From the human T2T-CHM13v2.0 reference genome, Homo sapiens, in the NCBI RefSeq assembly GCF_009914755.1, contig NC_060934.1: a DNA stretch of 64,000 nt; one strand, written 5' to 3'. Position 1 is the stretch's first letter, and each line of letters begins with the position of its first letter. The position numbers and the translations under genes are program-made. The notes below the pieces were generated by a model. It worked only from the letters and a program-made list of their open reading frames with translations, did no database searches and was not told the DNA's origin. This document shows positions 57,854 to 64,000 of this stretch, one piece after another.

Positions 57854-59844
57854 GCAAGAGACATTTGAATATACCATCAACTTTCATTGGCTTACTAACG
57901 CTATGGCACAGCAGAGTGTGTTTCTTTCCTTTGGAGCTCTATAGTAGCATAAGAAAACCTTGCTGAAAATTGAGCAACACTTTTTCATGCTGAATGATTT
58001 TGTTTTACATTTCCTCTGATACAAATAGAAAAGACGTCTCACATTCAGCTACCTATGCTAGACTACACCACAAATAAGCTCATACCTTTATAATGTGTCT
58101 ACATGACAGTAACAACTGTGGTGAGCATAGAATTATTCATATGCCTATACTTATTTCCTATGTCTTTACTTAACATCTGGGAACCACTCTCAAGGTAGTG
58201 TCTCTGGTAGTTCTGGGAAAGCTGGGTGCTTCTGTGTTACTAGTATACTAAGACCTTAAGTAAGGGGTCCTCTTATGCTCTAGGGACTTCTCTAACCTCT
58301 CTCTGAAACCCTCAAGGTAACAGAGCTTTAGTTCCACACAGGAGGCTCGAGAACCACAAAGCTAGCAGGCTGCTATGATCTGGGTCTCTCTAATGCCTGT
58401 GCCCGCCCATATCTTATTCTCCTTCTCAACAGACAGAAATGAGTTCCAAAATCTTTTCAAATCATTTCTTCCTCTGGCAATATTCAATAGCAGGGCCCTC
58501 ACCTTGGTTCCTGCAATTGCCTCACTTCCCATCTCTCCTAATCACTGTGGCTTCATTCCTTTTCAGTTTTGGTTCCCAAAGTAACTCTAACCAGGGATCT
58601 CTTTTATATGACAGTATTTAGCAGATTGGTATTTTAAATGTTTTAGAGTGTGGTTCCTGGCAGGCCTTTTTTTGTTGTTTGGTTTTTGTCCACAGTGTGA
58701 GCAATAAAGATCTTAATTAAAGAAATTAATGAAAATGTCACCTAGAGTTGGAAGCTCAATTCACAGTGTTGGGTTGCTGGTTCCCTACTAATAGATTATA
58801 TCCTGGCAACACTGTCACAGTACAGCAATAAAAACTGTTCTGGCATCTTCCAGGTCCACCACAGAGTCTCATTCTTGCTGTTATGTCTGGACTGAACTCA
58901 GAGTAACCCAGAATCTTCCTCATACAAGCCTTGTCCACCTATATTCTATTCTCGAATCATATCTGAATCAGCATTTAAAACTCAAGTCACTCCTCCCAAT
59001 AAAACCCTCCAGTAATATCCCATTTAATTTTTGGCTTGGCTTATAACTTTCATATATTTACATATTTCAACATATGGAAGGAGACACCTTCATTTATACT
59101 CTTGCCCTGGTTCATTCAAACATTAAGGGTGAACATGCATCCTGCTGCCTGTTAAAGAGAGTAATATTAATTTTACTAAGCCTAAAATAATATTTTAAAG
59201 TATAAGGACATACTACAGAGAAAATCACATGATAGAATATAATGAAGTAAAAATACCCATTCTGAACAGATCTACCTTGTAAGAGAGTAATTAAGTTAAA
59301 GGCTTGAGGCACTCTCCAAAGAGGAGACCACACCCAAAATGATCGAATCGTGATGGTGTATTGACTGTTATTGATAAATAACATTAGCATATTAACTATA
59401 TTTACCTCAAACTTTTCCTAATGGAGCTAGTATATTCTGTAAGTAAATAACTTTCCCTCTTCTTTGGTTCAGCACACCCAAAGTTCAGTAATCCAGTTGT
59501 TGCATGATATTCAATTAAATTGCACCTTTACGCCAATGACTACAATTAAAATGGAAATCCATTCTCTTTCTCTCTTTCTCTAGATTACAGACTTGGGCTC
59601 TTTCATACATTCAAAAACAAGCAAGCCAGATACACAGTTATCCTCAACACTTGTGTCTTCCTTATCCAGACCTTGCAAATTCAGTTAGGTACTGTTTCTC
59701 AAAACTCTTATTTAGACCCTTCATCACTGCTTCCATAAAACTCCCTTTATTTTTCCCTGCTTTGTTGCAGTAATCCCCTATCTTGTCTACTTTCTGTAGA
59801 TTCATCTTTCTAAACCATTCACCATCCACCTCTGCTTTTTTGAG

Positions 59845-60031
59845 CAGTGCTTCTTAAAGTATGGTTCCCGTATCAGCAGCATCACATCACTCAGGAGTTG
59901 TTAGAAATGCAAACTCTTGGGTTCCACCCCAGAACTACTGAGTCAGAAGCTCTGGAGGTGGGGCCCAGCCATCTGTGTTTCAACAAGCCCTCCAAGTGAT
60001 TATCATGCATTTTAAAATTTGAAAACCAAGG
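59845..60031. mobile_element. MER5A hAT MITE nested in an L2 fragment (~59600-60380)
   Basis: 'cagtgcttcttaaagtatggttccc...agttgttagaaatgcaaactc...ggggcccagccatctgtgtttcaacaagccctccaagtgatt'. Confidence 0.9.
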
Positions 60032-60654
60032 TTCTAAAGTCATATTTTTAAAAGGCAAAACCAATCATGTCATTTGCTTGCTTAAAACTTCTTTAATGAG
60101 TCTCTTCTGAAGGATAAAAGCCAAGTTCTTGGGAAGACGTGTAATACCCTTTCTGTTCTCATATTTCAGCCCTTCTCTTTCCACTTCCTCCTTCCCACCC
60201 AGTGTTTTAGTCATATAAATGTTTTGAAATATTGTGAAGCAACCTGCTTTTTCTGCCTTTTTGCCTTTTCCTAGTGCACCTCTTCCCACACACAATTCAT
60301 CCACCTGGAGGGGTTCCATTCATCTTTCCAGATCAAGCTCAAATGTCCCCTTTTTCAGAATGATTTCTGAGGGCTAATTTCAATAACTTACTTACAGCCT
60401 ATTCCACTTCTTCCAGGTCCACCTACATAATTTTCCCAAATTAAATTTTTATACCTCCAGCTCTTTAAAAGGAAAGAAAGTCTGTTTACTGGGCAAGGAG
60501 GCATAGGAAAAAATATAAAGGGCACTGCTTATCCCACCTCACATCCTCCCACCCCTAGTTCACAAGTTAAAGATTGTCATCCATCTCTTGGAATAGTTAT
60601 GGCTCCTTAAGGATGTTAATGCCCCCTCCTAGATGTTGTCTCAATTGTTTATTG

Positions 60655-61945
60655 GTAAGCCCACTCCTAGATATGCAGGACCCAAAGCAATAGTAGAAAG
60701 GGAGGCCTACATACCACATTTAAATATTTAAAAGTTATTTAAAAACTAAGAAACTTTAATAAAATATGTTCTATCATTGTGCTGCCTTAAATATATAATT
60801 TTTAATGACAAATGAAAAGTATTATGTAAGGCAATAGTTTTTAGATAACTAAAAGCTGGCAAAATATCAAAGATATTCAGTGCAATATTTGATAGCATAC
60901 CTGGGCATTCTCTTGATGAGATAGCAATGTTTAGGTAAGTAATAAAATGAAACCAGCTTAATTCATAAACACACATGTGTTCCATAAAATTTATATTTCT
61001 CCTCTTTATTTCATCAAAATTATATTGCTATGGTCAAGATTTTTAATTTCTTGACAGGGATGAGCCAAAGGATTTAAAATAAAATGAAATTGTATTGAAG
61101 TTAGAAAATTCAAATATATTTCATTAAAAATTAAATATAAAAACAAAAATAAAATTATTTTTTTCATAATTCTTAAATATTCAAATTATCTATTAAGTCA
61201 AAAACTGAAATGCATATAAGGAATATCACATTTTAATTTCAGAATATTTCATTAAAGCTGACATTTTCTCATTTAATTTTGTCTCATTTAACATTGAGCA
61301 TCCACTATCCATTTGCTTGCCAATATGAAGAATTGGTAGCACACTTCATACTTATTTTCTCTAACCCTACATATAGACAAATGTAGGAGTACTATGATTT
61401 ATTTAATAATCCAAAATATACTTATCGTGTACAAATGTTATGCTAATTTGTCTGGACTTTCAAATCTACCAATGAAACATGAACAGATACAAGAAAATGG
61501 ATGTTCAGCTCTACCCAGGAAAACAATCCTCGATTCTGCAATGATTTGGTGCGTTCATTCCACAAGGAAGAATTTGAAAATAATTTATGTATATTTTCTC
61601 TATAGTGCTCAAATCCTAGCCCACCCCACCCACCTGCTGCAAAATAAGATGTTCATCTCTCATATTGACAGCAGTTCAAACTGCAAATGTTCATGGCATT
61701 TGAGCTTTGTTATCTTTTTGCTACTAGGATGTAAGAAAAATTGTGGAGAAGAATTTTCCGGTAGCCCGAGTAATATTAACCACGAGAGTGAATGTTTAGA
61801 GTTACAGATTGCACTGAGCCAGTGCTGTAGGCCAGAATTGAGGCAACAGAGGCATTTATGTTTGTGTTTTTGTCATATGTGGGGCCCTCTAATGCATGGG
61901 GCCCAGGACAAAGACCTTTCTTTCCTGGATCTAAGCATGGCACTA
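60655..61945. mobile_element. FordPrefect-like hAT-Tip100 DNA transposon
   Basis: Left 'ggaggcctacataccacatttaaatatttaaaagttat...aataaaatatgttctatc'; right 'ggggccctctaatgcatggggcccagg...ggatctaagcatggcact'. Confidence 0.7.
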
Positions 61946-62084
61946 CCTAGGTGTTTGATGGCTTTACCCTAGGAGTAAGGTTGAGTTTTAAGGTGCTATC
62001 CTAGGGAATAATTTCAATATATCTTGGAGTTGGAACTTCTATACATTTGCAGTGCGTCACCCGACTTTGGTCTATCAAAGCAAA

Positions 62085-62505
62085 AAAACTTGGTCAGGCT
62101 TTGGTGCCTAGCTATCTGGTCAAATATTTATCTAAATGTTTCTGTGAAGGTATTTTACAGACGTGGTGAGCATTTCTTAATCAACTGACTTTAATTAAAG
62201 AGTTTACCCTTGATAATGTAGGTGGGCTTCACCCAGTAAGTTGGAAGCCATAAAAGCAAAAGATAAAAACAGAAAAAAAAAAAAACAGAAAACTGAGGTA
62301 TCCCCCATAAGAAGGGATTCTGCCTTAAGACTAACATAGAAATCCTGCCTGAGTTTCCAGCCTGCCAACCTGCCCTACAAATTTCAGATCTAATATTGCA
62401 ACATCAACTCTTGCCTGAGTTTATATAAAACCTACGCGATAGATTTCAGACCTGCCAGCCCCCGCCATGTAAGCCAATTCCTTTTGGAGGACCCCGACTG
62501 ACACA
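62085..62505 (+). mobile_element. MLT2-type ERVL solo LTR
   Basis: 'tctaaatgtttctgtgaaggtatttt...ccttgataatgtaggtgggcttcacccag...ctgcctgagtttccagcctgcc...gaccccgactgacaca'. Confidence 0.85.
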
Positions 62506-62799
62506 GGTAAATAATTCCATCTTCTTTTATCCCAGTCCCCAAAGGCAGATAAAGAAAATGTAAACATATATATGTACTATATACCTTATCTTTATACCTT
62601 CTGATAGCACGTTGGACAAACCACGGTTTCTAGAATTTATGGCATAGTATTATAATCATAGGTTTCAAAGTCTGTCTCCTATTCTAGACTGGAAGTTCCT
62701 TGTGTGCAGAGGCTGTGTTATCACAGCGCTTTTTGAGGCTGGAAATAAACGTTCAATACATGTCTGTCAAAGGTTAGAGAATCAAAATTAACACATTAC

Positions 62800-63008
62800 C
62801 TGGATAAGCTGGCATGTGGTGGGGACAGGAGTAGGGGATGGTGGAAGAGCAAGGAGAAAGAATCAAACAATGTGGACGTAGGAAGCAGTCTCCCTGAAGC
62901 TAAGACACCCCATGAGATGGTACTCATCCAGCTTTGCCAAGCTCCCAGCACAGTCTTAATCACCTCTCTCACAGCGACTTTGATAGCTCTGGCTAAGGAA
63001 CTTGATAC
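62800..63008 (-). other. Candidate 209-nt exon of an unidentified minus-strand transcript
   Basis: Minus strand reads aattgcttgcag|GTATCAAG...CTTATCCAG|gtaatg; higher GC than flanks, non-repetitive, one frame open throughout. Confidence 0.35.
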
Positions 63009-64000
63009 CTGCAAGCAATTAACTTTAATAAGCCAGCAGGTGATTTCCTTGAGAATGCTGACGATTCAATTTGCTGACAGCAGCTCTAGATTCTCTGGCT
63101 ACTCAGCCATGGCTTCTACCTCTGCCCTTATGAACCCAGTGTGTGGTTGTGAGTAATAAATGAAAAGGTAGCCAAAGTGTGAATCCTTTTAACAGTGAAA
63201 ATTGTAATCAGCTTTAAGGCATGATTATATATTACAGACAGAACCAAAAGGTCTTTTAAAGTTATGAAGAAAAACAAAAGCCAACAAGTTGTACAGCTAC
63301 ATTGGCACCAAACTTTTATAGTTTCTGTGAATGTGAAATGAAGGGATATAAAAGTACTTTCACCTGTATTAACCTTTTTTTTTTCTGTTACTCATCATAG
63401 CATTATCTAACGCAGAATCCTAGGAATGATTCTAAACTCTTTCTCTCTGTCTCAATAATCCTAAATGTTGCAATTGCCTTATTGTCCTATTTTACTGCAT
63501 TATTTTTTACACAATGGCAGCCTAATGAGTTCCCCCGGCATCAGTCTCAGGCATCACCTATCAAACAACTCCACTGCTTGCGTCCTCTTCCCAAAATGCA
63601 AATATTATTTCATCTGCATGTAATTTCTTAATAGTTCTCCATTGTTAATTGACTACAGTGGAGTCAAATCTTAGAATTAAATTTTAAGGAAAAAGAGGCA
63701 AAAGAGCTATTTTACTCAAAATTAACACTGAATATTTCTTAAATTGTCCAAAAAATACAGTATGCTCCCCATTATATATGAAACTGTGCAGCAATACATG
63801 TTTGTATATGTAGTAATTTATGGTAAATAAATTTATAATAAAACTGTAATATTATAATTAAATATAATAATATAATGTAAATATCATTAATAATATAATA
63901 AAATAAACTTATAATAAAGAGAATGTAAGCTTTGTGAGGACAGTGATTTTCATTCATTTTGTTCACCGATGTACCCCAAAGGCCAAAAACTGTGCTTGTC

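Noticed and set aside
61394-61972. 192-aa ATG ORF, the longest outside the L1
   Set aside because: Lies within a decayed FordPrefect-like transposon, shows no recognisable domain and has no splice or promoter context; likely chance

Overview
AT-rich, CpG-poor primate (probably human/ape) genomic DNA, intronic or intergenic. I recognise no protein-coding gene, tRNA/rRNA, CRISPR array or CpG island. Roughly half of the window is interspersed repeat: about 13 Alu-family elements (FLAM, AluJ, AluS, AluY), a 4.3 kb rearranged L1PA3-type LINE-1, older L1M/HAL1, L2 and MIR fragments, MaLR/ERVL solo LTRs (THE1, MLT1, MLT2) and DNA transposon fossils (an apparently full-length Tigger4/Zombi, FordPrefect, MER58B, Charlie18a, MER20, MER5A, MER112, MER53). 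Family names come from my recall of consensus sequences and need RepeatMasker/Dfam confirmation; boundaries of old elements are approximate. Four observations stand out. (1) A twin-primed L1 whose inversion points the antisense promoter into an in-frame 5'UTR::ORF2-C-terminus fusion ORF with its own poly(A) signal. (2) An AluSp carrying about 95 nt of foreign sequence inside perfect 19-bp target-site duplications, which looks like an Alu 3' transduction. (3) A 5'-inverted Alu whose tail grew a rare (TCG)n repeat. (4) Three minus-strand segments with strong splice signals that may be exons of a long spliced transcript.
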